Source: Octopus sinensis (Eukaryota). Taken from it: DNA of 64,000 bases. The translations under genes were made by a program, and so were the position numbers. The notes beneath the pieces are model-generated. The model ran no database searches. It had not been told where the DNA came from and saw only the letters and a list, made by a program, of their open reading frames with translations. The stretch is from positions 310,001 through 374,000 of the forward strand of contig NW_021835988.1 of assembly GCF_006345805.1 (NCBI RefSeq), read 5' to 3'. Position 1 is the first letter of the stretch, and each line of letters opens with the position of its first letter. Below, one piece after another: positions 24,838-36,544 of this stretch.

Positions 24838-25520
24838 TTAGCAGCAATGGCAATTCCCACGCAAGATGGCTATTGATATGCGCTGGAAAAGCCATGTCCG
24901 TTCCCGACGATCATTTCTACTTCTGCTTGCCAAATCCCCCAGTTTAATAAGGAATTTTTTAGTTCTGTAATCGAGTACTCTCGACGTCTCCAATACGATC
25001 GGGGCAAAGATATAACGGTGCAATAATGCACTATATTTCTTGACTTTTAATGTTTCCGCAAGGTTGGCTGCGGAGTCGGCTCTCCGGCTGACGTAAAGAT
25101 GTTTCCGGCGGAGAAGGTGTCCGTGCAAGTTGTGTATTGATGAGCGACTTGCCATCTTTGAAGTGGAAAGTCGTTAGGCCGTCAGGACGTTTACCATCCT
25201 CCCGAACCAGGCCGACAGGTTCCAACTGTGATGGGAATCCGGCAGTTTCAAAAGTCCGCTTGACTATGTCGTTCAGGGCAGCGTGTCGGGGAAAGCGTCC
25301 AGAGCTTCTCTGACACGATAATGGGTGCAATCCAAAGGGGTCAACGGTCGATCCACAGCGGCACCGGTGTTCTCGGCATACGTTTACCCCCAGGCGCAAT
25401 GAGACACCGATCCTTAGGAAATCGTCGTCCAATAAGGTTTGCGGTTCCCATAGGGATGGCGGTCAACCAAGTCCCCGAATATGGTTGCAAGGCAGCCAAT
25501 AAACAAGCCAAGCGATGTTG
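24838..25520 (-). mobile_element. CRE endonuclease domain, frameshifted
   Basis: HRCRCG...HPLSC, DGKRPDG, WLFQRISIAILRGN. Confidence 0.85.
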
Positions 25521-25609
25521 GTTAAGCATAGTTATATTTATCCTCTGAATCAATTTGAATTGTATTTTTAAATAATTACTTTTTATAAATTCTAATATGG
25601 AGCAATAAG

Positions 25610-25780
25610 TGGGAAATCGCTTTGCTTCCTGAAGAAGCTTGGACGCTTAGCCACATTAAAAAGCCACGACACACGTGAGACCCGGTGGCTTCTTCAGTTG
25701 ATCTCCGTTGCTATCGTGAGAGGCAACGCAACGTCAATAATGTTGGCGGGGTTCACTTCGGATGGATGGCTTTGTTAACT
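25610..25780 (+). mobile_element. CRE 3' fragment near-identical to 62090-62245
   Basis: gtgggaaatcgct...gttcacttcgga shared almost base for base. Confidence 0.85.
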
Positions 25781-25954
25781 TCTAGTAAATAACAATTACA
25801 TTTAAAGAAATTAATGCTCAATTAAATTGCAAATTATACTAACCAGCTACTCTTAGACAAATACTATGCTTAATAATGAAAACACTGCTACTTTTAAGAC
25901 AAATGAAACAACTTGTAAACTCGAAACAGCTCGTGGAAATTTTCATGGAAAAAA

Positions 25955-26643
25955 TCTATAAATCAACTAGAAATAAAACACAAAACAAAATTAGAATAAT
26001 AAAACGAGAATTATTACTTTTTTACTTTTTTTTAATTGTCAAAATTGTCTAATTGAAATTGTCTAATCGAGATTTGGATTTCAGACCACCGAGGCACACC
26101 CTTCCCCTTCGTCCACTTAGGAAGTTGGTAATCAATATTTTTAGCTTCAGAGGAAAGTTGGATTGGAATATCTTCCTTGAGAGGAGCTTCCTCGAGACGG
26201 AATCGAAGGCTTTATGGATGTCGACGGAGCAGAGCACGGTCTTTTGGTGCCTCGGTTTGCTGGCAAAACCGGTACAGATGAAGTTTGACAAGGATTGAAG
26301 GTACAAAGACGTGGACTTCGCCTTCTTACACCATGTTGAAAATGTCTTTGGGGTAAGAAAGCTTCTATTCTGCCAAGAACCAGTCTTTCCAGGATTTTCG
26401 ACATCGAGCATAACAGGGAAATCGGCCTGAAAGAAGCCGGGTCCCTTCTTGGTCTTAAAATTATAAAACGCTCTAAGAAGCGTTCTCAATAAAAATAGAT
26501 AGTGATGTTTTTTGTAAGAACAAATAAATACAAAAAAAAATTATATCAAAATTATTGCTGAATAAAACGTGCCTCAAATGCGTTTTTTCCAATCTAAGAC
26601 AATAAAGGAAACAAAGAACCTTCCCATTTTTAAACTTTTTTAA
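25955..26643. repeat. Rearranged duplicate of 32296-33380, including the last intron and exon of DDX55
   Basis: 25955-26050 matches 32296-32390; 26460-26570 matches 32537-32639; 26561-26643 matches 33298-33380. Confidence 0.8.
26049..26460 (-). mobile_element. LINE RT fragment
   Basis: SKILERLV; SVDIHKAFDSVSR. Confidence 0.75.
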
Positions 26644-26756
26644 GAAAGAATTTCAGAAAGCATTTTAAAAATTTTGAAGAGTTTAAGTCAAATTTTTTTG
26701 TCCGGATTAATTTTGTTTATTACGAAAAAAAGAATTCGGTCAAGTGTTCGAAAGCT

Positions 26757-27270
26757 TCATGGACGGGAAGCCGACACGATCGAGAAAGAATTAGAGCGTA
26801 CTATCGCAAGGGATATCCGCTCGAAAAACCATCTTGATTCGCGGGCGTCGCCTGTGATAACAGACATGGGGGAGCCAATCTCCTCAACAAAGCTGAGTGC
26901 CTTACTGCCTAAGGAACCGGAAGTCTCAACCGCGAATGGAAGGAATTGGAACTTCTCCGTAAGTGAGGAGTACTTCCGCATCTTTTTGCATTCCGCGGTT
27001 GTGACAATAGATCCAGGGGCGGATGCGGACATCAGCAGGTTCTGAGGCGAGAAAGAGTCCACACACGTGGTATCCCAGGTAAGAGGCTTCCCCCTGTTGA
27101 AGGGAAACTCAGTGATCCCGTCAGGCCTTTTTCCGTCCCCCCGATCGATCCCAGAGGGTTCAAGCAGGGAGGGGATTCCGGCCACTTCCAGGGCTCTTCT
27201 GATAAGGTCGTTAAGAGCCGCGTGACGCGGGATGCAGCCAGCACTGGGTCTACACGATAGAGCGTGTAAA
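26757..27270 (-). mobile_element. CRE endonuclease domain, same subfamily as 35356-36391
   Basis: Protein nearly identical ([14 protein letters not shown]...FERISLAIVRSN). Confidence 0.9.
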
Positions 27271-27649
27271 ATTAGATCTGACTGAATTTCATTAAATTAA
27301 TTTATATTACAAATAATATCGTTTTTTTCACACTTGAGAAAGAAAATGGTCATCCCATCAGAATGTTGCCTATCCACACGGTCGACCCGAACAGGTTGGA
27401 GTAGTGAACGAAATACTACCTCATAGCTCATTTCACGATGTCGTTGAACAATGCATGTCGTATAAACCTCCAAGCACCATGCATGAACGAGAGAAAATAA
27501 AGACCATATCAGTCGACTGTTCCGCTGTGAAAAAGAGGAAGATTCATTTAATTTTTCTTTTTTTGATGCGTAAAATTGTTATATAAAAAGTAAGTTAGGA
27601 ATGAACAAAAGGGAATCTCCGAGGGGCTAAAGCACGCGCCCTCCTGCGG

Positions 27650-27815
27650 TAAGTACCGCGTGCGTGTTTCCACGGAATATGGCGATGGATATCCTCTGCA
27701 ATAGCCACAAAACCTCGAGTGGCTCTTCCGTCCTATGGGCCAATTTTCTCACAATGTCGCTGATAAAGGCCGAGGTTAGAGGCCCGGCGATGCCCGATGT
27801 CTCGAGGGGCGTCCG
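27650..27815 (-). mobile_element. Degenerate CRE 3' fragment
   Basis: ETSGIAGPL and QRISIAIFRGN across a frameshift. Confidence 0.55.
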
Positions 27816-27959
27816 AGTTCTTGTTATTTTTTTATTTTAGCCGTTTCAGCTTTTTCCGCAGCAGACCCGGGGGATGTGGCAGATGACATGATAGGCGATG
27901 AAGAGAATGAATCGATAATAATTACGTTTGTGATTTTAATACTTTTTTTTTTAAAAATT

Positions 27960-28075
27960 TATCTTTCGAGATACAGACAAAGAGTGTAGGCTGACAAAGA
28001 AGAGTACACCTATGCTGCCAATCAATTTGCGGAGCTTGCACCTCGCGAATAGTCTCAGCTGTACAAAATCCTTGA
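27960..28075 (+). mobile_element. R2-group REL element 3' fragment
   Basis: gccaatcaatttgcggagct matches 46320-46345. Confidence 0.55.
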
Positions 28076-28192
28076 ATATATCTTTAAGTTCAAATCAGAT
28101 TTAGATATTAATAACACATATAATGAAATTTAGGCAATGTAAAACTCTGCCTTTTAAAAAATCTGCGAATTTAAAATAAGGGTTGCAAAAAA

Positions 28193-28264
28193 CTCCCCGA
28201 CCGGGAATCGAACCCGGGCCACCGCGATGACAACGCGGCATACTAACCATTATACTATCGGGGA
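28193..28264 (-). tRNA. trnD: tRNA-Asp (GTC)
   Basis: Acceptor TCCCCGA/TCGGGGA, anticodon arm CCGCG-TTGTCAT-CGCGG, T arm CCGGG-TTCGATT-CCCGG, downstream T run. Confidence 0.97.
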
Positions 28265-29189
28265 CATTAACATTGCTCGAGACTAGTAACAAAGGGCCCC
28301 TCGCGAGTAATGTTATCAGCTGTATAATTATATCAAGATCGTTTTAATAAAACTCGTAATTGATCTCGGTGTGGTAGTACGTAATCACATGCTAGCGTGT
28401 CTTTGCTGTAGTTAGACAGTCTTTACTTTAAACAAAATAAACTAGTACGGAAAGCATTCTATTTGAATATCTCATCATAAAATAGTAAAATAAAATTTTC
28501 TAAGACTTCTGATTTTTATAATTAATAAATTATAAAAGAAATAAATTGAAAGCAAAACCTCAACAAACGGTCTGAAAGAACAAACATCAAAAAATACTGC
28601 GTTTGGAAACAACTTTATTGTGTCTCCTGAGATAATCGCTGATTAAAATCTTTATCACACTGAGAAGCCAAATTTTCAACAATTTTTTTCTGGCAATTAC
28701 TATAGTGCGAACAAATTACTATCAAGTTAGTATCAAGTTACTAAACTTTGTTTCGTAAGCCATTATTTCTTTGATAGTTAACAACAACAAGCCCTGCCGC
28801 AAGATGAGAACGGAATGTTAACAGCCACATAAGATCAAAACAGAGAGAGAACATGTTATTAGGAAACTAATCCAAAGGAAGACGACCCGAACGAAGACAT
28901 GTGTCTCTGCTACATCTATTTTTTCTTTTCGAGTGTGGCTGAAGTAGACATTCGGTTCCGCAGTGGTATCACTGATGACGGCATCACTCGTCAATCCTAG
29001 TTAGTTTTATTTTATTGTTTTATTTATTTAACCTAAGAATTACCAACAGTTAATTAGGATAATATTAGGTGATTTCAACAATTCTCAAAATTTGAAAATA
29101 CCCTTGTGGTCCGAGTTATATGATTATTTGATATATTTTGATAGTTATATGATTATTATAAATAAAGTCAAGAAAAAAATTTTAATTTT

Positions 29190-29400
29190 ATTATAATAAA
29201 ATATTCGCACGTTATTGTTTATATTTTGTTTTGTTGTTGCTTATTGTTTTATTTTTTAATTTATTTTCTTGTATTAATGGTTAATTTTGTATTAAAATTG
29301 ATTAAATATATTGTTGGCTTACAGAATTTCTTATAATATTTGATATTTTGTAATTGTATTGGTCTTATTTTTGCAATAATTTAATCTTTTTTACATTTTA
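29190..29400. repeat. Strand-biased AT-rich repeat, inverted match to 59060-59300
   Basis: ttcttataatatttg and attgttggcttacagaattt are the reverse complement of ataaggaattctgtaagtcaacaatat. Confidence 0.7.
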
Positions 29401-29419
29401 ACTATTCAATACATATTTT

Positions 29420-30439
29420 TTTTTTTTAATCAATATTTTCATTATTAATAATGTCAGTTAATAAATTCAGAGAAGAGATTGATTTGAGAAATCAATTGAG
29501 GAAGCCCGCTGCCTGTATGGAAAGCGAGTTCCCTCGGAGTATGGCTATTCCGATCCTTTGTCTTAGCCATACTCCTTCACGAGGATCATTTTTCTTTGTG
29601 GCGAGCATTCTTCCGAGTTCGCGCAAGAACTCGGCAGTAGCTGGGCCAACAGCTCCTGATGACTCAGCCGCAACAGGGGTGAATCTGTAGCGGTCCCCGA
29701 GGAAGGAATATTTTTTGGTTTTAAGGTTTTCCGCGATTGAGGCAGCTGCTCCAGGTGTCTGAACCGATTTAAGGAGATTCGTGCTTGAGTAAGTATCGAC
29801 GCAAGTTGCGTCCCAGACCAAAGATCGTCCGGAGTTGAAAGGGAAAAGAGTCATCCCGTCAGGTCTCTTTCCATCACCTCGATCGAGACCCACTGGTTCA
29901 AGCTGTGCTGGGAAGCCTGCAGCCTTCAGAGCTCTGACGATCACGTCGTTCAGAGCGGCGTGACGTGGTCCTCTTCCGGCGGATCTCCTGCAGGATAGCG
30001 GGTGCAATCCCTTCGCATCGACCGTTTTCCCGCAGCGGCATCGGTGCTCCTGGCAAACGTCTAGTCCAAGTCTTTGTCCGATTCCAATCCTCAAAGAATC
30101 GTCGTCCAAAAAAGTCCCGAGATTTGGGCAAGGGATTGCACCAAGCCATGCTCCGCTCCCTCCACTTGAGGCTGACACCAGGCAAGCAAGGCGATGTTGA
30201 TTTGCTTCTTTTTTAAGCCCTTCTGAAATTTTGGAGCAGACAATGTTATCCCAGTTCCTTTGTTTCGTTGTGTCTTCGGGGATTTTGAGTCCTGACCCGT
30301 TCCAATCCCGGCAAGCTTCATCAAATGACTCATTCCAGCGAAGTCCAATAGTGTGACGAAGGACTTGCCGTGTCAAATGGTTGCAGCTTGAGAGAGACGA
30401 AAGATATGCCGGGTACGCGACCTCCAGCGCCGATCTTAG
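29420..30439 (-). mobile_element. 5'-truncated CRE insertion with poly(A) and 11-bp TSD
   Basis: Open ORF PAYLSS...CRCG...DGKRPDG...QRIGIAILRGN; ATACATATTTT at 29409-29419 and 30440-30450. Confidence 0.92.
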
Positions 30440-30599
30440 ATACATATTTTAACTTTTCTACAAAACCCTATTCTCGACGATTTCTATATTTTTTTTTATA
30501 TTTTACTGTATGAAATTGTATTCATCGATTGATTGTAAAGGGACCTGGCCGCACATCTGAATTTGCGGATGCTCAACGGTTCTCATCGTTTTTATTACC

Positions 30600-30895
30600 T
30601 CGGCCAGTGTGTTGGCACGCGACGGTACCAAAGCAATCTTCTTCATAATTATCCCCTTCTCCATTGCAGTGAGATAAGGGTGGAGCTGGAGAATTAGTTG
30701 GAGAATTGATATACGTCTCTTTGGGCCGGGATTAGATTCCACATCCCCACAGATAGTGAGAAGGGCAAAACGGGAAAGTGAGGTCGACAGAGAAGGCCGC
30801 CCCGGACTGACGATAGTTGCGGGGGGATGAGCGAATGATTCTTTTTTCATTAATCCAATAACTGGATTTTTGCGCCCCCACAAAAGGCGAATCAC
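30600..30895 (-). mobile_element. LINE 5' fragment with a 2A-like peptide
   Basis: RFALLTICGDVESNPGP (motif at 30722-30748) followed by KRRISILQL, resembling the start of an APE domain. Confidence 0.75.
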
Positions 30896-31074
30896 ACTCC
30901 ATGTAATAAAAAACCGGATTTTTGAATGCTTAATTTTCTTGATATTCTGTTTTTAATTTTAGATTTTTTTAAATTTATAATGATAATTTTCGTAACTTTT
31001 CTTTTTATAATTTTTCAATAATCTTTTTGTACAGCTAAACTGACTATATTAAATTTTTTCTGTGTAAAAAAACC

Positions 31075-31500
31075 GGATTATTATTATTTAAGCCAAACAA
31101 AATCACCGTCTTAACCAATTAACTAACACGTTCAGGTGATTCCGACACTTCTCAACAGTCGAGCCATCTTTTCACGATGTTCCGACCGTGACCACACACA
31201 CTTTCTGTATGTAGGGTGAATGGTTTGTGGTACATTTCCACGATCCCCCCATTTGCCTCTACGAGAGACTCCAGTGTTCTATGGATAATTTCCCTATCGG
31301 TATGGTCCTTCAGTAGGTTGATAGATCTTTCTTTAATTTTTTCGATTTTTGCCGCCAGGTTACAGCCCCAAGCAGCACATGCATAGCCTATTGTTGGCTC
31401 GATATACTGCTTGTAAAGGGTCTCTACCCCTGGCGGATAAGTTCTCCCACAGTTCCAAAGGAAGGCTTTTACAAAATTGATCTTCTTTATACAGGTCAAA
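31075..31500 (-). mobile_element. LINE RT C-terminus and 3' end with (TAA)n tail
   Basis: LYKQYIEPTIGYACAAW; 3' end shared, inverted, with 59475-59533. Confidence 0.65.
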
Positions 31501-31577
31501 TGATTAATAATTAATGTGTCCTCCGTGTGCCTTATAAAGCTCAATGCTTCTTCTTGGCATTATTTCAGTTAATTTTC

Positions 31578-31900
31578 TCACAGATTCCGTTGGTATTTAG
31601 TCCCAAATTTATGTGATATTATCGCATAAATCCTTTTTACTATGCAGACATGTTCAATTGGGTTCAAATCTGGTGATTGTGGTGCCCAATTAAATAATTC
31701 AATTTTTTTCTCATCCAAAAATTGTTTTGTTCTCCGTGAATTATGACAGGGGGCCAAATCTTGTTGGCAAATAAAACGATTTAGCCCAATTTTATCTGCC
31801 GATTTCCACAAATTATTTATTAAAATGTTGATATATACAGCAGAATTTATTTTTTCATTTACTATAACCAAATTCCCCTTTCCATGGAAGTAACATCTGG
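31578..31900 (-). mobile_element. Tc1 DDE fragment
   Basis: QQDLAPCH...WAPQSPDLNPIEHV. Confidence 0.8.
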
Positions 31901-31939
31901 AGGTAGACCAAATCCGAAAAGCTTTTGACGACTTTTATT

Positions 31940-32269
31940 TTAAAGACTCACAATTTTCATCGATGATATTAAGAAATTGATGTCTTGATAGTGAGAACGC
32001 ACTTTTAGTGTACAATTATGAAGTAAATGAGCGAAACAAGTAAGGTGAATCATATTCGGATAAAATATACGCATGCTAGTTGCGGCTGACATCATATACG
32101 GTACAGCATCAGTTAACAACAAAACAAAGTTTTTTCTCTCAACTTGGTAATTTCGTAAGCAATCATCAATTGTTTGACAAATTGAACTTGCATCACACGT
32201 CTCAATACAAATGCAGTCAATTAAATAAATATTGGTTGGGTTGTCAATCTTAGCAGCAATAAAATTCAC
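31940..32269 (-). mobile_element. hAT-superfamily (DUF659/CGGBP-like) transposase fragment
   Basis: LLLTDAVPYM...HLTCFAHLLHN; related to 57690-58395. Confidence 0.7.
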
Positions 32270-33294
32270 ATATTTTTTAAAGAATTTTGGGAAAGAATCT
32301 ATAAATCAACTAGAAATAAACACGAAACAAAATTAGAATAATAAAACGGTAATTAGTTACTTTTTATTGTTAAAATTGTTTAATTGGTGTTTTGATTTAC
32401 ATGATTGTATTTTAGATAAAATTTTGAACTTAGTTTATTTGATAATATCAATTTGTTTTTAAATCTTAGACTAATGATATTTGTAGCTTTTAATGAATTA
32501 ATTCTCATTTTTTAAATAACAAAAAAGGCTATAATAATTATAAAACGGTCTAAGAAGCGTTCTCAATAAAAATAGCCGGTAATGTCTTTTGTAAGAACAA
32601 ATAAATAAATTATATCAAAATTATTGCTGAATAAAACGTACTTTAACTTTCATTTTACTTTTCTAGGTGACAATGATACCGATTTTTTGATAAAGAACAA
32701 ATTATATGTAGAAATTACACTGGAAATCATCAACAATCAAATAGTCTTGTTTTTTTCTTTTGATAGTCTCGGATAACGGTTTAAGCAAGGAGATTTTTTA
32801 TATGGGATAGCGTCTGATCGAGCGTCCCCACAAATAAATAACGCCATACAATAAAAAATCATATAGATCTTCATGAACTCGACTGACGGGCACTAACTGA
32901 GTATAAAATCGTGTTTATTTCGGTGCAAGTACGTTCAAACAAACAAAATATTGCCATCGTCTTTAAAATAAGTTTAGAGAACTTCTTCAAGGTTTTTTGT
33001 AGGGATAAAAAAGCAATAGGAGCCAGCTGGAATGGAAGCCTGTAAGATTAAATCACATCGTATCGGAAAATCAAGACAAACACTATAACAAACTCCTTTC
33101 TTTGTCATGATCTAGAAATTAGTCTCAAATGAGAGTAATTATCGCCTCGAAAAGTAATTCTAAGCTGCTTATCTCTAAGAACAGTTTAATCTAGTCTACA
33201 AAAACTAAAAAAACTCTACACAAACTAAACCACCCAACAAACCTCTAAATAAAAATAACATTTTTAAACACAAAAATGTATATAAAAATCATTG

Positions 33295-35335
33295 TTAAAT
33301 AAAACGTGCCTCAAATGCGTTTTTTCCAATCTAAGACAATAAAGGAAACAAAGAACCTTCCCATTTTTAAACTTTTTTAAAAGATGGGCATCACTCTCAA
33401 TCTCCTCCAAATCCTCATGGTTCAATTCCATAAGTTTATAGTCATTACAAACTCTCTTTTTCTTGGCCTTCATCCTCTCCCTCTACCACTACACAACCTC
33501 AAATATAACTTTCTTAGCATATTTGGCATTCAGTCTTTTCTTCGACTCCTTCTTGGCAAAATTGTCCTCTGCCATCTTCTTCCTTCTCTCTTCTCGGACA
33601 CAGTCACTACAATCAACACAACCAGATTACCGATATGGCACTAAATCTACATCAACAGAGGATGGAACAAATAGGGTTGTGTCATTTTTACGGATTTCCA
33701 CCATTTTGGGAATTCTTAGCAACCCAAAGGACTCAGCTAAGAAGGAAACGGGGAGTTCTGAATAAATATATCACAACTTACTTGATAGGTTGAAAATGAC
33801 TTTAAGGGGATGTTTTAAGTAGGCTTTGATATATGATACAAATGCCAACACCCCTGATTCCATAAACTCTCTTTCAGTCTCAGATAAACTTCTTAATATA
33901 GCGGATATAGACACGTCTTCAAAATCTTCACAAAACTCTTCCAAGAATACCTACATTAAATGTACCACCAGAATAATTATAAAAACCTCCAAAATGTATT
34001 TTAATTAATTAATATTTAATTAATAATAAAACTAAACCTTTTGATTTAACTTTAAAAAATCTACATAAACATCCTCATGTTGATTAAGCAGTAGCAAGCT
34101 TCTACCTGTACGTCCCATGCGAGCAGTACGTCCACAACGATGTACAAATGAACTAATATGTACTAAAATATACAACCTCGCCATTTTAGGGGGATCAAAT
34201 TGAATTACCCACTCCACTTGGGGCACATCTATTCCACGTGATACTATATCAGTACACAACAAGACAGCACTAAAATAATTTAAATCCCACCAAATTTATT
34301 ATAATTTAAAATAATTAATTACCATTTTGATTCTCTAAATTTAGAATAAATAATATCTCTTTTGCCTTTTTGTTTTCTGTGAAGACAGAAAAGAGAAAGT
34401 TCTGGAAATTTTCTATGTGTTTATTATAAATAAAATACCTTTTAATTACGCTATAATAATAAGACGTGGAAGCACAAGTGCAGAAAAAAATAATAATTTT
34501 TTCTTCGTTATATTTAGTAGATATTTCTTCTTCTGACTTTAACGAGATTAGCCGAGGATTTCTCATCCCAAACTGCATCAGACTTGTAATCTCTGCATTC
34601 AAAGTTGCAGAAAAGATCCCAGTCCTCCTCTGCTTAGGCAAATATCGCAGAATAGTTTCAATACTAAGAAATATATCACCAAACTTACTTTCTACGGTAA
34701 CCATCAGCTAACAGCCTATCAGCCTCATCTATCACCAGAACTTCCTACAATGGGTAACCAATAAGCAATACAAGACGTTCTAAGGAGGATGCCAAGTCAA
34801 AGCCCTCATGTCTCTGCTTTAGAAAGGCCTCAGCTCTCCCAGGAGTACACACAGTGACATTCCCACTAATATATACCCCTATAAAACACCCATTTGTGAC
34901 AAAATTCTTGACTGAGTCTGCCACTGACTGTCCTCCCACAAGCTGACAGTGTGATAAGTGAGGGAAATAGGCAAGGAAGTGAAGAAGTACCTCATAGACT
35001 TGGACTGAGAGTTCACGTGTGGGCACAATTATCAAGGCAATGATCTTTAAATTAGTTTTTTGAGGGTTACGTCATATTTGTTGAAATTTTGGGTTATTTT
35101 TGATAGGCGTTGTACTATGGGGATAATGTAGGCCAAGGTTTTCCCACTGCCTGTTATAGCTTCTACAGCCACATCATAATTTTGGAGAAATATTGGAATT
35201 GTTTTTAACTATAGTTATATAATTGTTAATATATACTTGAATTGGTGTTAGTTTAGTGAATTTTAATTCTTTTATTGCTTCTTTTACTTTTTCGTTGAGA
35301 TTAATTTTATATTTTTGTAATTGATTTTCAATCAT
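33295..35335 (-). CDS. DDX55: ATP-dependent RNA helicase DDX55/SPB4 with 13 GT-AG introns
   Basis: Spliced product has the Q motif (LTPIQ), [49 protein letters not shown] and [12 protein letters not shown]. Introns: 35209-35236, 35045-35070, 34866-34889, 34745-34771, 34664-34688, 34413-34438, 34270-34322, 34153-34176, 33951-34037, 33758-33781, 33607-33630, 33483-33509, 33331-33356. Confidence 0.93.
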
Positions 35336-35355
35336 TTTTAAACCAACAAGAAATA

Positions 35356-36357
35356 CGCCACGGAGGCCTTGGAATTCGGTGTCCGAATGATGTTGCACTG
35401 CCTGCCTACCTGTCGTCACTTTCTTCATGCCAGAAACTCATGGGCACGGTTCTTCCAACCGATTTTGAACATTACGTGCCCTCTGAGTTATCATCGGCGG
35501 TCGTAAAGTGGCACTCGCTAGGACTGGAAATCCCAGAGGATCAGCATAAGCAATTTGTTTGGGACGAAGTCCGCCTACAATCCCGAATCCAATCTTTACG
35601 TACATCTTTCGACCAACACCGCTTGGCCTGCTTTGAGACGGCATGTCGCCCTCACAGCGGAGCCTGGCTAAATGCCACTCCACTGCCGAGCATTGGGAAC
35701 CTTCTGGACTGCGAGTCCGTACGCACTGGAATCTGTTTACGTCTCGGTCTTCGCCTATGCGAGCCACATGTCTGCCGCTGTGGCGCGAAAATCTGTCGCT
35801 TTGGATTGCACGCTCTATCGTGTAGACGCAGTGCTGGCCGCATCCCGCGTCACGCCGCTCTTAACGACCTTATCAGGAGAGCCCTGGAAGTCGCCGGAAT
35901 CCCCTCCCTGCTTGAACCCACTGGGATCGATCGGGGAGACGGAAAAAGGCCTGACGGGATAACTGTGTTTCCTTTCAACAGGGGGAAGCCTCTCACCTGG
36001 GATGCCACGTGTGTGGACTCTTTCTCGCCTCAGAACCTGCTGATGTCGGCCTCCGCTCCTGGATCTATTGTCACAACCGCGGAATGCAAAAAGATGCGGA
36101 AGTACTCCTCACTTACGGAGAAGTTCCAATTCCTTCCATTCGCGGTTGAGACTTCCGGTTCCTTGGGCAGTAAGGCAATCAGCTTCGTTCAGGAGATCGG
36201 ATCCCGCATGTCTGCCATCACAGGCGACGCCCGCGAATCGAGATGGTTTTTCGAGCGGATATCCCTTGCGATAGTACGCTCTAATTCTTTCTCGATCGCG
36301 TCGGCTTCCCGCACTTGAAGCTTTTAATTAATTAACTTGTAGTTATTGGTTGGTTTT

Positions 36358-36391
<34 letters not shown>
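35356..36391 (+). mobile_element. 5'-truncated CRE insertion with ~35-nt poly(A) and 11-bp TSD
   Basis: Open frame HGGLGIR...PAYLSS...DGKRPDG...ERISLAIVRSN; AACAAGAAATA at 35345-35355 and 36392-36402. Confidence 0.95.
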
Positions 36392-36394
<3 letters not shown>

Positions 36395-36544
36395 AAGAAA
36401 TAAACGTGATAAATAATTCAAATAACAATTTAATTATAATAGTGAAAAAAATATATCAATATATTTTATAAATATAAAATAATTAATAAATTAATTTTTT
36501 GAATAAGCGAATAATTTCCCGCTTTCCTTTCATCGTCTTCAGGA

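Noticed and set aside
27960-28264. tRNA-targeted retroelement insertion
   Set aside because: Only a short REL scrap about 120 bp from tRNA-Asp, with no TSD or consistent spacing, and nothing comparable at tRNA-Gly.
28960-29010. Hammerhead ribozyme at CTGATGA
   Set aside because: Could not find the GAAA core and pairing stems around it.
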